IMG/VR virus record: IMGVR_UViG_3300023174_005548
Location: 36,572 to 100,571 of that record
Strand: one strand, 5' to 3'
Source: a virus
Length of the DNA stretch: 64,000 nt
Shown: positions 28,266 to 39,323 of the stretch, piece by piece
Numbering within the stretch: the stretch's first letter is position 1
Layout of the letters: the number at the start of each line of letters is the position of its first letter
Notes under the pieces: generated by a model
Seen by the model: only the letters and a program-made list of their open reading frames with translations
Told to the model about the DNA's origin: nothing
Database searches by the model: none
Position numbers and translations under genes: made by a program

Positions 28266-31200
28266 CTAAAGAATAATCTCATAATCATCAAAATTGGCAT
28301 TAAATTTTATAATACCTCTTTGGTAACTGTTTGTGATTAATCTTTGATATGAAAAATCTTTTTTAGGTAAAATATATGTAGCATAATCCATATATAATTC
28401 ATTATTATAAACAAATGGTACTAAACTAAGTGGAAGCGATGAAGCGCCAATGTTATATGTAGTATTAAATTTATTTTTAATAAATTTTTTATTTTTATCT
28501 ATTATATAATAAGTAGGATTTATGTTAGGATTAATTCCTAAAACATTGTTCTGATTTGATGCTGCATTTGGAATAGCAATTATACTATTAGAGAGTTGAT
28601 GATATTTTAAATAAGGTAAAACGGTTGCGTTACTAGGTGTATAAAAAGTATAAGGATTAACTATTTCTCCTGATACATATCCAAGATGAAATAGTCCTCT
28701 TGCTCTTACAAGTAAATATTTAGAATTACTTACAGCTGTACCAATTCCTGCTCCACCAATTAAACCATCTCCAACATTTTCTAAACTATAAAAACCAGCT
28801 GTGGTGGAAGCTTCTGAACTAATTCCAGTAAATTTTAAAAGTTTATTTTGTATATCTATAATACTTAATATTGGGGTAGAATTTCCGGGTATTCCAGCTA
28901 AATATAAATTATTTCCACTAAAATCTCCACCTAGATGATAATGATAACCTATTCCCGCTCCACTAAAATCAATTTTAAAATTTGTATCAAAAGTATTATT
29001 TGTTAAATCAAATCTTGCTAATCCAGTTATAGTAGTAGTATTTACTTTATCAAAATTTCCCATGCAGTATAGATAATTATCTTTTTTAACCATTTTGTAA
29101 GGTGTTACCGAATCAGTTCCAGATCCTATATTAAAATTAAATGATGTATCAACACTTAGATCACTTTTATTTAATCTGCAAAATCCTGTGATTTGAGTAT
29201 TATTAACTCCACTAAATGGACCAACGATATAAAGATAATTTCCTTCATTATACATATCATATACAGCTGAAGTTAGTCCACCGCTTACATAAACATTAGA
29301 TGAATCTATTTGTCTAGTTTTTCTGTTAATTTTATAAATACTTGAACCAGCAGATTTTCCTTGACTAGTTAATGCAGTATAAATTTTATTATCATCAGAA
29401 TATAAATATTTAGAAGCAGTATTAAAATGTTTAGTTGTGAATGTTGGATCTATATTATAAGATCCACTATTAAATTTTAAAATATGCCCAGATGTTTGAT
29501 TATAATTATCGCCAACTCTGAAAAAATTTCCACTATCATTATAAAAATTTACAACTGATACATATACATTATTTTTATTATCTTTAGCTATATCTTGAGG
29601 AAAAAAATAAAAGCCAGATAAATAATTAAAACCTGTTTCTAAAAATCCACTAGTTAAATTGTATTTAAAGAAATTTTTAATTCCACTGATGCCAGTAAAT
29701 ACTCCACAACCATAAAGACTATCGCCAATTATTTTAAGAGTTGATATATATGCACTTTTTGATGTGCCAGCTTCTTGAGCTAGAAAAAAGTTAAAATTCT
29801 TATCTATAACTCCACTAGAATTTGTTTTTACTAAATAATTAATTCCAGTAGTAAAATCTTTACAACCAAGATTTGTAAAAGTCCCACCAAAAAAATAATT
29901 ATTATTATATTGTTCTATTGCATATATAGAATTTCCGGGACTACCAGACAAGTAAAAAGTTGTAGTATTTGTATTTAAATTGTCAAGATTTAGAGCGCAT
30001 GCTAAAACATAATTTCATGCACTACTACCAGATACAATTAATCCAGTATTATTTGCTAAAAATGGAATACCAGTTGTTGAATAATTATAAAGTGATTGAT
30101 TTGGATAAAAATAAAGTTGAGAAGCAGTCCCAGTTTCTGGAATAAAGTTTTGATCATAAATTTGTACATTAGAATTATATTGACTATTATATCCTGTAAT
30201 ATAAAATCCCAGTCTTTGACTACTAGTTTGACCACCAATTACTAAGTTATCAGTATAATCCATTCCTCTTAAAAGAAGTGCATCTTGAGTGTCATAAAAA
30301 TAATTATTTGTATCTATTAAACTTCCATTTGTTGTATTTACTACTGCATAGCTATTGATTTTCTTGCCTTCTATGCCAGTAAAAGATCCACAAATATGTA
30401 GTTCATTTCCTTTTATCGCCATACTAGATACAGATACAGCCGCGGCATGTGGATTAAAATTAATTTTAAAATTTGTATCTGGTTCACCATTAGAAGCATT
30501 AACTTTTACAACTCCACTTACAGTATGACTTGTAGAAGTATTCATATTAATCCAAGTATCTGGAGTACTTAAGGCTACATATAAACTATTTCCACTAATT
30601 TTATAATCACTTGGTACACATCCATTAGTAAAAAAATTTGGATCGGAAGATCCATCATTTGCATTTAATTTAAAATTTTGACTTCCATAAATTCCTCCCG
30701 GACTAGCTAAACTCAATCCACCAGCATATAAACTATTTCCAGACAACAAAAGTTGTTGAACTGTACCTGCACTAAATACTTTATATCCTGTAAATTGTGA
30801 ATTTAATGTACCATCATCATGAAGTTTTAGTAAACGATTTTTTGTTGTATCTCCACTATAATACATTGCTGCAACGCCACCAATAAAAACACCGCTACCA
30901 GAATTTACTATTGCTCCTACCATAGTATTACTAACTGTACTTATTGAGAAACCTAAATTTGCATTAAAACCTGTTATTCTATTTCCGCTATAATCAATTT
31001 TAGCTAAACCCGTGCAAGGATCTCCACCAACGCTTTGAAAACTTCCACCAATAAATATTCCATCATTAGCAAAAGAAAAATCAATAACTTGAGATACCGC
31101 ATTACCCGCTGCTGTAGTAGCTGAATTACCATATCTATCTATGAATGGATAAAAAGATTGGTCTAAAAGGTTTTTATTATTTAATCTAAAAATTTTAGGA

Positions 31201-31880
31201 TATTGAATTTTACCAATATCAGATTGTCCTCCTGCATGACAACCATATATTTGTCCATTATATGATTTTATTTTATTTATTGATCCGATTTGATTTAGTT
31301 TAAAATTAGAAATTAATTGTTTATTTTTTATTATATATAAACCTAAACTTGAGTTTTGATCTTTATAAAAATATGGTTGATAACCAGCTTGAGAGGCGCC
31401 ATATGCAATAATATAATATTTATTATTATATTTAAACATTTTTAAATAATTAACGCTACCCTGTGAAGGCATTGTTAAACAAAAATTTGGATCAATCGTA
31501 TAATTTCTTTTAAAGATTCGATAAATTTGGAGAGTACCTAGTTGACTATTTTTATTTAAAAGTAAATTGTCAATGTGTGCATAAAGATAAGTATCATCTG
31601 AATAAATTATTTTAAATCCATCATTTATAGTTATTCCTCCAATGAATGGTTTTAATTGATTTACTATATTTCCATCTGAATCTAAAGCTACTAAATTATT
31701 TATATTTTTTGTTCTAAAAGTAAGGCTTGGAGTAGCATAATATACATAATTTTCATCTACAGTAATTTTACTGTAACAAAAGGTTAAAGATGTTTTACCA
31801 TCGGTATAATATGGTAAAGCAGTTATTCCGCTTTCTGGAAAATTAGTTATTTTTTCAGTATTATTAACATAAAAATTCAT
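28266..31880 (-). CDS. Beta-propeller-repeat virion protein interrupted by one in-frame TGA at 30015-30017 (the ORF track splits it into 30015..31880 and 28266..29951)
   Basis: Both ORFs are in the same frame. The 63 nt between them are open (NYVLACALNLDNLNTNTTTFY). The downstream part has only a TTG start without RBS. Both halves carry the same (I/F)GGxF and D-x-x-F-N repeats. Confidence 0.7.
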
Positions 31881-31882
31881 AA

Positions 31883-34480
31883 TTAATAATTACTTGCAAA
31901 TGTAGAATATAATTTATTTCTTGCTTTTATAACTTGTAAAATATCTGTGCCACTTGGTAAAAAATTTAATGATGGAGTAATACCATTAGAAAATAAATAA
32001 CCAGTATTAAAACTCATACTTCTATTTCCTGTACCATCTTGAGTTAAGAATATAGTTATAGATTGTCCATTGTTCATATTGATTGGCTGATTAAGAGTTG
32101 AATTACCAGATAGTGTATAATCAAAAAATGTGCTAGTACTTGCATCTGGAGTAAATACAAAACCTGTAGCGCCAGAATATAATGGATAAGTAAAGTTTCC
32201 ACTAACAAGATTAAATCCAGATTCATTTATTCTTACTATAACTTTGTTTAAGGTTGTTCCACCAACATGAAATTCTATACTCGTACCAGTTGTTTGAGTA
32301 CCAATATCCAAACTTCCACCATTAATAAATAAATAGCCATCTAGCCCACTTCCGTTACTGAATGTTGGATCATCGTAACCGCTGTTATTAATACCAAGAT
32401 TAATATAATTTGTTGTATCTGTTCCATTATTAGCTGTGATAACTAAATCTGCAGTAGCAGTATTTCCAGTAGCGCGGTTTTGTATATTGATTTGTAAATA
32501 AGTATTTCCACTACCAACAATAGATAAAGGGTTATTTGATAATCCTAATGGTGTTGCGCCAGAAAGAGAAAATATTCCAGAATTAGCGAATGTTTTATTA
32601 CCATTTATCGTTTGATTTCCAGTTGTAAATAGGATATTACTACCAGAAGAGTTTATATAACCACTTAGATTGTTAATTTTTGTATCAAGAGTCGATCCAG
32701 TACTTGCAAGGTTAACTGTTGTTGCATATAAAGTTGAAGATCCAGTAAGTACTGCATTCCCATTTACAAAAAGTCCACTAGTAAAATTACCACTTCCGTA
32801 AACTGTAAATTGATTACCAGAAATAACTAAAAAGTCACCTTGCGCCGAGTCGCCAAATGTTGTATCTTGTATGAAGGTTTTAGTTCCAGAGATAGTTTGA
32901 TTTCCAGTAGTGAATACTATATTACTAGCTGAAGAATTTATATAGCCGCTGAGATTATTTATTCTTGTATTTAAAGTTGAGCCAGTACTTGCGAGATTTG
33001 TTATTGTGGCGTAATTTGCTGTTAAATTTCCGCTGAGTGAATTTATTTTGTTGTATAAAGTTGAACCAGTGCTATATAATTGAAGATCAGTTGCAAATGT
33101 AGCATCTAAAGTTCCAGTATATCCTGTAAACAAACCACTTAAAGAAATAATACTATTATTTAAATTAGAACCAGTAGAAGCGAGATTAATGGCGGATGCA
33201 GACCAACCACTTAGAGAATTTATTTTGCTATCTAGTGTTGATCCACTTGAAGCAAGATTTGATGCAGAAGCAGACCAACCGCTAAGTGAATTAATTTTAG
33301 AATCCAATGTAGATCCTGTGGATGCAAGATTAGTAGATGATGCTGACCAACCGCTTAATGAATTTATTTTATTATTTAGAGTAGTTCCAGTTGAAGCTAA
33401 ATTATTAGAAATATTATTATCTTGAGTATTAACATATCCACTTAAATTATCAATCTTTGTATTTAAATTAGAGCCTGTATTAAATAAATTAGTAATTAAT
33501 GCAGCGCCAGTAGAAGTTAAATTAATTGCTGACGCACTCCATCCACTTAACGAATTAATCTTTGAATCTAAAGTCGAACCAGTTGTATAAAGATTTGTTG
33601 TTGATGCACTCCAACCACTCAATGAGTTTATTTTGTTATCAAGAGTAGAGCCAGTGGTTGCAAGTTGAGAATCTGTAGCGTATGTCGCATCAAGATTTCC
33701 GCTAAATCCTGTTAGCATTGAATATAAATTAGATCCTGTAGATTGTAAATTAATTGCTGATGCAGAGTAACCACTTAATGAATTGATTTTTGAATCTAAT
33801 GTGCTGCCAGTACTTGCAAGATTTAATATTGTTGAATAAGTGGAAGTTAAATTTCCGCTAAGACTATTTATCTTAGAATCTAAAGTACTTCCTGTGGTCG
33901 CAAGATTTACATCAGATGCTGACCAGCCGCTAAGTGAATTTATTTTTGAATTTAAATTAGATCCAGTACTAGCAAGATTAATTATAGAAGCTGAATAACC
34001 ACTAAGAGAATTTATTTTATTATCTAATGTACTACCTGTATTATATAGTTGAAGATCTGTAGCATAAGTAGCATCTAAATTACCACTAAAATTAGTTAAT
34101 AAAGTATAAAGATTACTTCCTGTGCTTTGTAAATTAGTTGTTAGAGTATTAACTGCTGATTGAAAATATCCACTACTACCAGAAATATAAATTATATCAA
34201 CATTATTAGATGAAATTATTATGCCATCTCTTCCAGTTATATAAAGAAGATTTGGAGTTAAACCATTTATATTACTTCCAGCGCCTCTAGCGCCTGATGG
34301 ACCTATCGCACCACTTGGTCCAGTTGCTCCACTCGGTCCAATTGCTCCGCTTGGCCCTTGAGGTCCAGCTGGTCCTTGTGGACCGGGAACATAAATATTA
34401 GCATTTAAATCTTGCGTTGGAGATGTTACGTTTGTATCAATTGGATTAGGCAAACTTACATCAACGATTATGTCTGCCAT
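31883..34480 (-). CDS. Fibre protein: collagen-like segment, coiled-coil repeats and C-terminal beta domains
   Basis: G-X-Y run (GPQGPAGPQGPSGAIGPSGATGPSGAIGPSGARGAG), many LASTGSTLDSKINSLSG repeats, TGNQTISGxKTF motifs, C-terminal LTQDGTGNRS fibre-type domain. Confidence 0.8.
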   Translation of the reverse strand: MADIIVDVSLPNPIDTNVTSPTQDLNANIYVPGPQGPAGPQGPSGAIGPSGATGPSGAIGPSGARGAGSNINGLTPNLLYITGRDGIIISSNNVDIIYISGSSGYFQSAVNTLTTNLQSTGSNLYTLLTNFSGNLDATYATDLQLYNTGSTLDNKINSLSGYSASIINLASTGSNLNSKINSLSGWSASDVNLATTGSTLDSKINSLSGNLTSTYSTILNLASTGSTLDSKINSLSGYSASAINLQSTGSNLYSMLTGFSGNLDATYATDSQLATTGSTLDNKINSLSGWSASTTNLYTTGSTLDSKINSLSGWSASAINLTSTGAALITNLFNTGSNLNTKIDNLSGYVNTQDNNISNNLASTGTTLNNKINSLSGWSASSTNLASTGSTLDSKINSLSGWSASASNLASSGSTLDSKINSLSGWSASAINLASTGSNLNNSIISLSGLFTGYTGTLDATFATDLQLYSTGSTLYNKINSLSGNLTANYATITNLASTGSTLNTRINNLSGYINSSASNIVFTTGNQTISGTKTFIQDTTFGDSAQGDFLVISGNQFTVYGSGNFTSGLFVNGNAVLTGSSTLYATTVNLASTGSTLDTKINNLSGYINSSGSNILFTTGNQTINGNKTFANSGIFSLSGATPLGLSNNPLSIVGSGNTYLQINIQNRATGNTATADLVITANNGTDTTNYINLGINNSGYDDPTFSNGSGLDGYLFINGGSLDIGTQTTGTSIEFHVGGTTLNKVIVRINESGFNLVSGNFTYPLYSGATGFVFTPDASTSTFFDYTLSGNSTLNQPINMNNGQSITIFLTQDGTGNRSMSFNTGYLFSNGITPSLNFLPSGTDILQVIKARNKLYSTFASNY

Positions 34481-34484
34481 AAAA

Positions 34485-34829
34485 TTATCTCGTTACTTCT
34501 GGTAGGATTGAAAATTTTCCCATTAATAGTTTAATGCTATTTCCTGATACATTTCCAGAAGGATATCTTTCTATATCATAAACATACTCATTAACTGGTG
34601 TTGCAGCACTTCCTGTTGAAGGAATATTAATACCTATTGTGCCAGAAATATTACTTGTTATATTTGGTTGTAAATCTAAAATAACTATATCAGAGCCATA
34701 GCTTGCTCTTACTTGACCGCGAACTTCGTAACCACTTAAATTAATTGCTGCGCCAGTAGCATCTTTAATATTAAGAGTTAATTGTATGTAGTCGCCTTGA
34801 ATTCCACTAATGTTATAACGTGTAGCCAT
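34485..34829 (-). CDS. Small Ig-like virion protein (resembles the BppU N-terminal-type domain)
   Basis: QGD...INLSGYEVRGQVR...YVYDIE...LLMGKFSILPEVTR pattern. Confidence 0.55.
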   Translation of the reverse strand: MATRYNISGIQGDYIQLTLNIKDATGAAINLSGYEVRGQVRASYGSDIVILDLQPNITSNISGTIGINIPSTGSAATPVNEYVYDIERYPSGNVSGNSIKLLMGKFSILPEVTR

Positions 34830-34877
34830 ATAAAATATTACACGGCTACACTTTTATAGCGAATTAATTTTTAAATT

Positions 34878-35222
34878 TTATCGTCCTTCTGAAAGGATAT
34901 CTCGCGCAGTTTTTGAAACTGGTTTGTTACTCTTTGAATCTGGTCTTACAAAATATTGAGCAGAGTATTTAAGAAATTCTTGTTTTAATCTCTTGACGAG
35001 AGTTTGACGATCATCAACTGGAATTAATCCAATTTTAATTGCATGAGCTTGAAGATCACTCTTAACTAATCCTTTTAGATAAGAATCATATTCTACTGGA
35101 TCAAGAGTTCCGTACTTTCTTTTACCATCATCACCCCAAATTTGATCTAATGTAACTTTACGGTTTTCTACTTTGCCATGAGTTTGGCTAAGATTATCTA
35201 ATGCTGATTTTTTACGTGGCAT
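34878..35222 (-). CDS. Hypothetical protein
   Basis: 114 aa with AGGAG RBS and its own promoter-like element. Confidence 0.7.
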   Translation of the reverse strand: MPRKKSALDNLSQTHGKVENRKVTLDQIWGDDGKRKYGTLDPVEYDSYLKGLVKSDLQAHAIKIGLIPVDDRQTLVKRLKQEFLKYSAQYFVRPDSKSNKPVSKTARDILSEGR

Positions 35223-35247
35223 AATATATTATTCTCCTATTTAATAG

Positions 35248-35276
35248 ATTATATAATAAAAATATAAAGATGTCTA
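35248..35276 (-). promoter_or_regulatory. Sigma70-like promoter for 34878..35222
   Basis: TAGACA-17 nt-TATAAT on the minus strand, just after the capsid terminator. Confidence 0.55.
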
Positions 35277-35282
35277 AAAAAA

Positions 35283-35315
35283 GAAAACCCACGGACTATT
35301 AATCCGTGGGTTTTC
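35283..35315 (-). terminator. Rho-independent terminator after the major capsid gene
   Basis: 13-bp perfect inverted repeat GAAAACCCACGGA / TCCGTGGGTTTTC followed by a U run on the minus strand. Confidence 0.9.
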
Positions 35316-35338
35316 AAATTAGGTAGTTTTATCGTCTA

Positions 35339-36415
35339 TTAGCGAATTACTACACCATGAACTGCACGAGAATCAACGCAAGCGCGTCCTTCTTCTAGGA
35401 ATCCGTAGAAGCCAATTTTCTCGGCTCTAGCTGCGAATTGATCATCTGGAAGAGCGGTGAATGTACCACCGGATTCTGCTTGGCGAGCTACTGGGCGAAC
35501 AAATGCGTCCTTGGTTAGATCCAAGCCAACAATTAGTTCGTCTGAGCTAGCTGTGAATGTGCCACTGTAGAACTCATCAAAGAGTGAATTATACTTTTGA
35601 TTTGGTCCGAGTTCGATTAGATCATGGATAGCAACTCCATAAATCTCTTGTGTTCCAGCATTACGATAGATATCTTCGCGAACTGCATCTGGTAGATTTG
35701 TTAATACATTATTTGTTGGTAATGCATTAGCAGTTGTTGTGATGCTGACTGGTTGATAAGCAAAAGAACGGATATCTTCTTTAACTTCAGGGCTAACGAA
35801 GAGATCTGTTAGACCGTATGAATCTGTGGTAGTACCACCAGCATAAGATCTGTTAATTCTTTTAACTTGTGTCATTAGACGATTTAGAATGTCTAGTGTG
35901 AATGTGACGGTTGTTTCGTCAGTATTTAGTACGTTGCCACTTTCAGCAAGTGTTTTTAGAGCAACTGCCCAAGCATTACGTTCTTGTTTTACGAGAACTT
36001 CGTTGGCCATACGCTCTACGGCTTTACTAACTACATCGAGACGACCACGACGAGCATAACGCTTTAAGAAGCTGACAGCACTATCCAAACGATAGGTTGC
36101 AACTTTCATTTCTGAGAATCCTTCAACTGTTGAAGTTGGAAGACCACCAGCTACGTTTTGACTCCATGTGGTTGTATAACCTTCACCACCATCAAACCAT
36201 AGGTCGAGTGGGATAGAAGGACGATCATCTTCGTCGTAAGGAAGATCAGTGTAGATTGCAGATGCTGTTGCGGCTTGCATTAGAACCTTGGCTACGACTG
36301 GTCCTAGGAAAGCAGCGAAAGCTTGATTAGCTTCTGCGGCAACTGCGGTATCGCGGCTGCCCATAGCTTTTACAAGTTCGATTTGCTCTGCTGTGTTTTT
36401 GAGTTTTAATTTCAT
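35339..36415 (-). CDS. Major capsid protein (HK97 fold, probable)
   Basis: 358 aa after protease/scaffold and decoration genes; AGGAG RBS; terminator; distinct higher-GC codon usage; LFVSPE and C-terminal GFYGFLEEG motifs. Confidence 0.85.
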   Translation of the reverse strand: MKLKLKNTAEQIELVKAMGSRDTAVAAEANQAFAAFLGPVVAKVLMQAATASAIYTDLPYDEDDRPSIPLDLWFDGGEGYTTTWSQNVAGGLPTSTVEGFSEMKVATYRLDSAVSFLKRYARRGRLDVVSKAVERMANEVLVKQERNAWAVALKTLAESGNVLNTDETTVTFTLDILNRLMTQVKRINRSYAGGTTTDSYGLTDLFVSPEVKEDIRSFAYQPVSITTTANALPTNNVLTNLPDAVREDIYRNAGTQEIYGVAIHDLIELGPNQKYNSLFDEFYSGTFTASSDELIVGLDLTKDAFVRPVARQAESGGTFTALPDDQFAARAEKIGFYGFLEEGRACVDSRAVHGVVIR

Positions 36416-36438
36416 GTTAAGTTTTCTCCTTTACGAAA

Positions 36439-37017
36439 TTAGAGCATAATCTTTAGCAAGGCAGTATTAGATACTGCGTTACCAAGGAATTTACCAACTG
36501 CAACTTCGTTAGTTCTTAGAGTAGAAGTGTTAGCTAGATCACCAGCTGTTCCACTTACTACTGCAAACTGACCGACTGTTGCATTTGTGATTGCAGAACC
36601 GCTATAAAGTACTATGCCACGAGTTAGAACTGGAACGGCTTGTCCAGAAATAACTACGTTCATTTCAGCAGCTTTACGTGGGTTAAAAATTAATTTCTCA
36701 CCATTTTCATCAAGTTCGCGGACATCTAGGAGGGTTAGTCCAACAACGTCGCCAGAAGTAGCAATAGTTACTTTTGGTCTTACGCCGAATCTTTGTGAAT
36801 TTGATAGTGGGAATGTTGCACCAACGTCACCTAAAAAGTCGGTTGGTTGATTTGCACTGGAACTTGTTGGTCCAGTTGTGAATCCTTCAGCAGATACTTT
36901 AACAGCTAATCCTCTTGTTGCCATAATAGCAGCACTTTCAGCGGTTCCGCTAAAAGCAAAAAGGTTAAGCACTTCGTGCTCGCTGTAATCTCTGAATGGT
37001 CTTAGTGTATGTGCCAT
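36439..37017 (-). CDS. Capsid decoration/cement protein
   Basis: 192 aa between scaffold and capsid; GQAVPVLTRG...VGKFLG pattern typical of beta-tulip decoration proteins. Confidence 0.7.
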   Translation of the reverse strand: MAHTLRPFRDYSEHEVLNLFAFSGTAESAAIMATRGLAVKVSAEGFTTGPTSSSANQPTDFLGDVGATFPLSNSQRFGVRPKVTIATSGDVVGLTLLDVRELDENGEKLIFNPRKAAEMNVVISGQAVPVLTRGIVLYSGSAITNATVGQFAVVSGTAGDLANTSTLRTNEVAVGKFLGNAVSNTALLKIML

Positions 37018-37033
37018 ATGATTATCTCCTTAT

Positions 37034-38614
37034 TTATTTAATCAATTCAAATCCGTCTAACCCGAAAGCTGCTGCGTACTTTTCTTTTACGCTTGGCTGA
37101 CTGGCAGGTGCGGAATTTGGAATTTCAATTGAAGCTTTTGATCCATTATCAACAGCTTGTTCGACAACCTCTTGGGTTGTAGAAATTTCTTGTGCAACTG
37201 GTTGAGCTACTTCTTCAGAAGCTTTAACTTCTTGAGCTTCTGCACGATCTTTCATCTCTTTGTCCATTTTTGCTTTTTTGGCAGTTTTATTTTTTTCTTT
37301 CATTAGAACTGCCATTTTGCTCTTGTAAGCAGAGAAAGCATCTTCAGTTAAATCTTTGAGGTCAGAAGCAAGAACTTTACGATCTTCATCGCTGAGATCA
37401 AATTCTTCATCAAAAGATGCCATTCTTAAATTGAATGCTTCTTCTTTTGCTTTTGCTTCTTTTTCGGCTTCGATAGTTGCTAGTTTTTGACCAAGTTCTT
37501 CAACTTGTTTCTTAACTGCATCATGTTCAGCAGTTACTGTAGCAATTTTCTCGTTAGCAGCTTTGAGTTCATTTTCTTGAGCAGATTTTTCTGCCAAGAA
37601 AGTTTCATTAGCTTTTTTGAGCTCCTCTGCAACAAAGTCAACAATAGAGCTGGCTGTTACTTCTTTAAGGAGACTATCTGTAATATCTTCGATTTTGGTT
37701 ATTTTCATATATATCCTCTCTTTTTTTACATCTAAACTTTCCTCTTGGGAAATATTATTTTTTGAAGCTAAAACTGGTTCTTCACCAATTACAGCTTTTT
37801 CTTCCTCTTTTAGTTCAACTTCATCAGAGCTTTTATTGGTTTTTAATTCAACTTTAATAGCTTCTTCTGGAGGTGTTGCGACACCTTGAACATCAGCAGC
37901 TGGATTTAATGTAAATCCAATGCCGAGAGGAACAACTTTACCTAAAACTTGTCTATATACTGATTTGTCATCACCTAATTTACCATTTCCACCAAATCCT
38001 CTTAGGTAATCTTTAATCTTTTCTACTTCTGCAGCATCAGATACAACAGTAGCATTTTCAATATTCTTTTCGCCATTATCTAATACTACAACATTATAGT
38101 CATTAAATCCTAATTCCCAACTAGCACTTATACTCATATAATTATCACTTGTTGGATCATTAGATTCTTCAATTTGATCTGCTAGATCTTTATCAACTAC
38201 TTTCCAAATAACTCCACCAAGAGTAATATTAAATGGAGTTTTCATGGATTTAATATCAGCTTCTGCTAGACTTTCATTAGATCCAAATTTACTAAAATTA
38301 GCAGATAATATACAACCAATAACTTGTTTGCGGTTATGTTCAATATTAATTGGTTTATTGACAAAATTTTTAGCAATCTTAGCGGCAGTTTCGCCATCAA
38401 TAACATCGCCATTTTTATTTACTCTATTAACAACACAAGCATCAAAAGCAACAGGAAGAAGATCAACATTATCTTCTGTGTTGATATCTGGTAAGAATTT
38501 TCTTAATTTATCGAGTGAAGCAACTGATAAATATTTATCTTTATCTTCACTAACTACTGGACGAATTTTAATATTCGCAAAAATTGATTCAAATTTAAAT
38601 TTTTGTTTTTTCAT
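37034..38614 (-). CDS. Prohead protease-scaffold fusion
   Basis: N-terminal NKNGD...KPINIEH...SASWE (His/Ser protease pattern); C-terminal Glu/Lys/Ala coiled coil; possible internal ATG at 37709 (MKITKIED) with GAGG upstream. Confidence 0.75.
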   Translation of the reverse strand: MKKQKFKFESIFANIKIRPVVSEDKDKYLSVASLDKLRKFLPDINTEDNVDLLPVAFDACVVNRVNKNGDVIDGETAAKIAKNFVNKPINIEHNRKQVIGCILSANFSKFGSNESLAEADIKSMKTPFNITLGGVIWKVVDKDLADQIEESNDPTSDNYMSISASWELGFNDYNVVVLDNGEKNIENATVVSDAAEVEKIKDYLRGFGGNGKLGDDKSVYRQVLGKVVPLGIGFTLNPAADVQGVATPPEEAIKVELKTNKSSDEVELKEEEKAVIGEEPVLASKNNISQEESLDVKKERIYMKITKIEDITDSLLKEVTASSIVDFVAEELKKANETFLAEKSAQENELKAANEKIATVTAEHDAVKKQVEELGQKLATIEAEKEAKAKEEAFNLRMASFDEEFDLSDEDRKVLASDLKDLTEDAFSAYKSKMAVLMKEKNKTAKKAKMDKEMKDRAEAQEVKASEEVAQPVAQEISTTQEVVEQAVDNGSKASIEIPNSAPASQPSVKEKYAAAFGLDGFELIK

Positions 38615-38799
38615 ATTTCAAATTTCCCGTTCCCAAATATTACACCATCTTCCTCATCATCGAGATATAATTCATCAGCAGAAAGAAAATCAAAATCATC
38701 AAGTTCATATTCTTTAATGTCTGCAAAAGCTTGATTTAAGTCTTCTTCAAGAATTTCCATATTTTCTGTTGCATCAATTTCTATTTCGTATTTTTTCAT
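38611..38799 (-). CDS. Small, very acidic hypothetical protein
   Basis: 62 aa D/E-rich; ATGA overlaps at both ends. Confidence 0.6.
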   Translation of the reverse strand: MKKYEIEIDATENMEILEEDLNQAFADIKEYELDDFDFLSADELYLDDEEDGVIFGNGKFEI

Positions 38800-39323
38800 A
38801 TTGTATTAGATTTTTTGATATTCTCCTCCGCTGTTAAAACTTGTAGGTTCCAAGGAACATGGGTTCCACCTTTAGATAAAGGAATAATATGATCTACATG
38901 ATATTTTTTACCCGTTATAGTTTCAAAATATTTTGCTGTATCATAAAATATCTGACAAAAATCTTTTAATATTTTAGGCGACTTCATTCTTGCGTCTCTT
39001 GCTCTTTGATAATTTGCGTGTTTAGCCAATTGTTCTGGAGTTCTTGGGGCTTTTTTCTTTCTAGTTAACTTATTTTGAATTAAAATTTTATTTTTATGAT
39101 CTAAATTATTTTGATATTTTGATTTTCTTTTTAAATTGGCTATAGGTCTATATTTTACGTCAGAGATTCTTTTTTTATTTTTATATTCTATAGTATTTTG
39201 ACTAGCTTTATATTCTTTAAATTTATCTGAATTTACCCAATACTCTTTGTCTCCATTAATATAACTCCAAAAATATTTTTGGGTATTTATATTAAAATCT
39301 CCTCTTTTAAATTTGTTATTCAT
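38796..39323 (-). CDS. HNH endonuclease
   Basis: [33 protein letters not shown]. Confidence 0.9.
   Translation of the reverse strand: MNNKFKRGDFNINTQKYFWSYINGDKEYWVNSDKFKEYKASQNTIEYKNKKRISDVKYRPIANLKRKSKYQNNLDHKNKILIQNKLTRKKKAPRTPEQLAKHANYQRARDARMKSPKILKDFCQIFYDTAKYFETITGKKYHVDHIIPLSKGGTHVPWNLQVLTAEENIKKSNTI

Noticed and set aside
30015-30017. Genome-wide TGA or TAG recoding (alternative genetic code)
   Set aside because: TGA is the genuine stop in many ATGA-coupled junctions (381, 13819, 24304, 26668, 38611, 38796, 39320, 44989, 46559, 55856), and genes are full length in code 11; the interrupted gene is an isolated case
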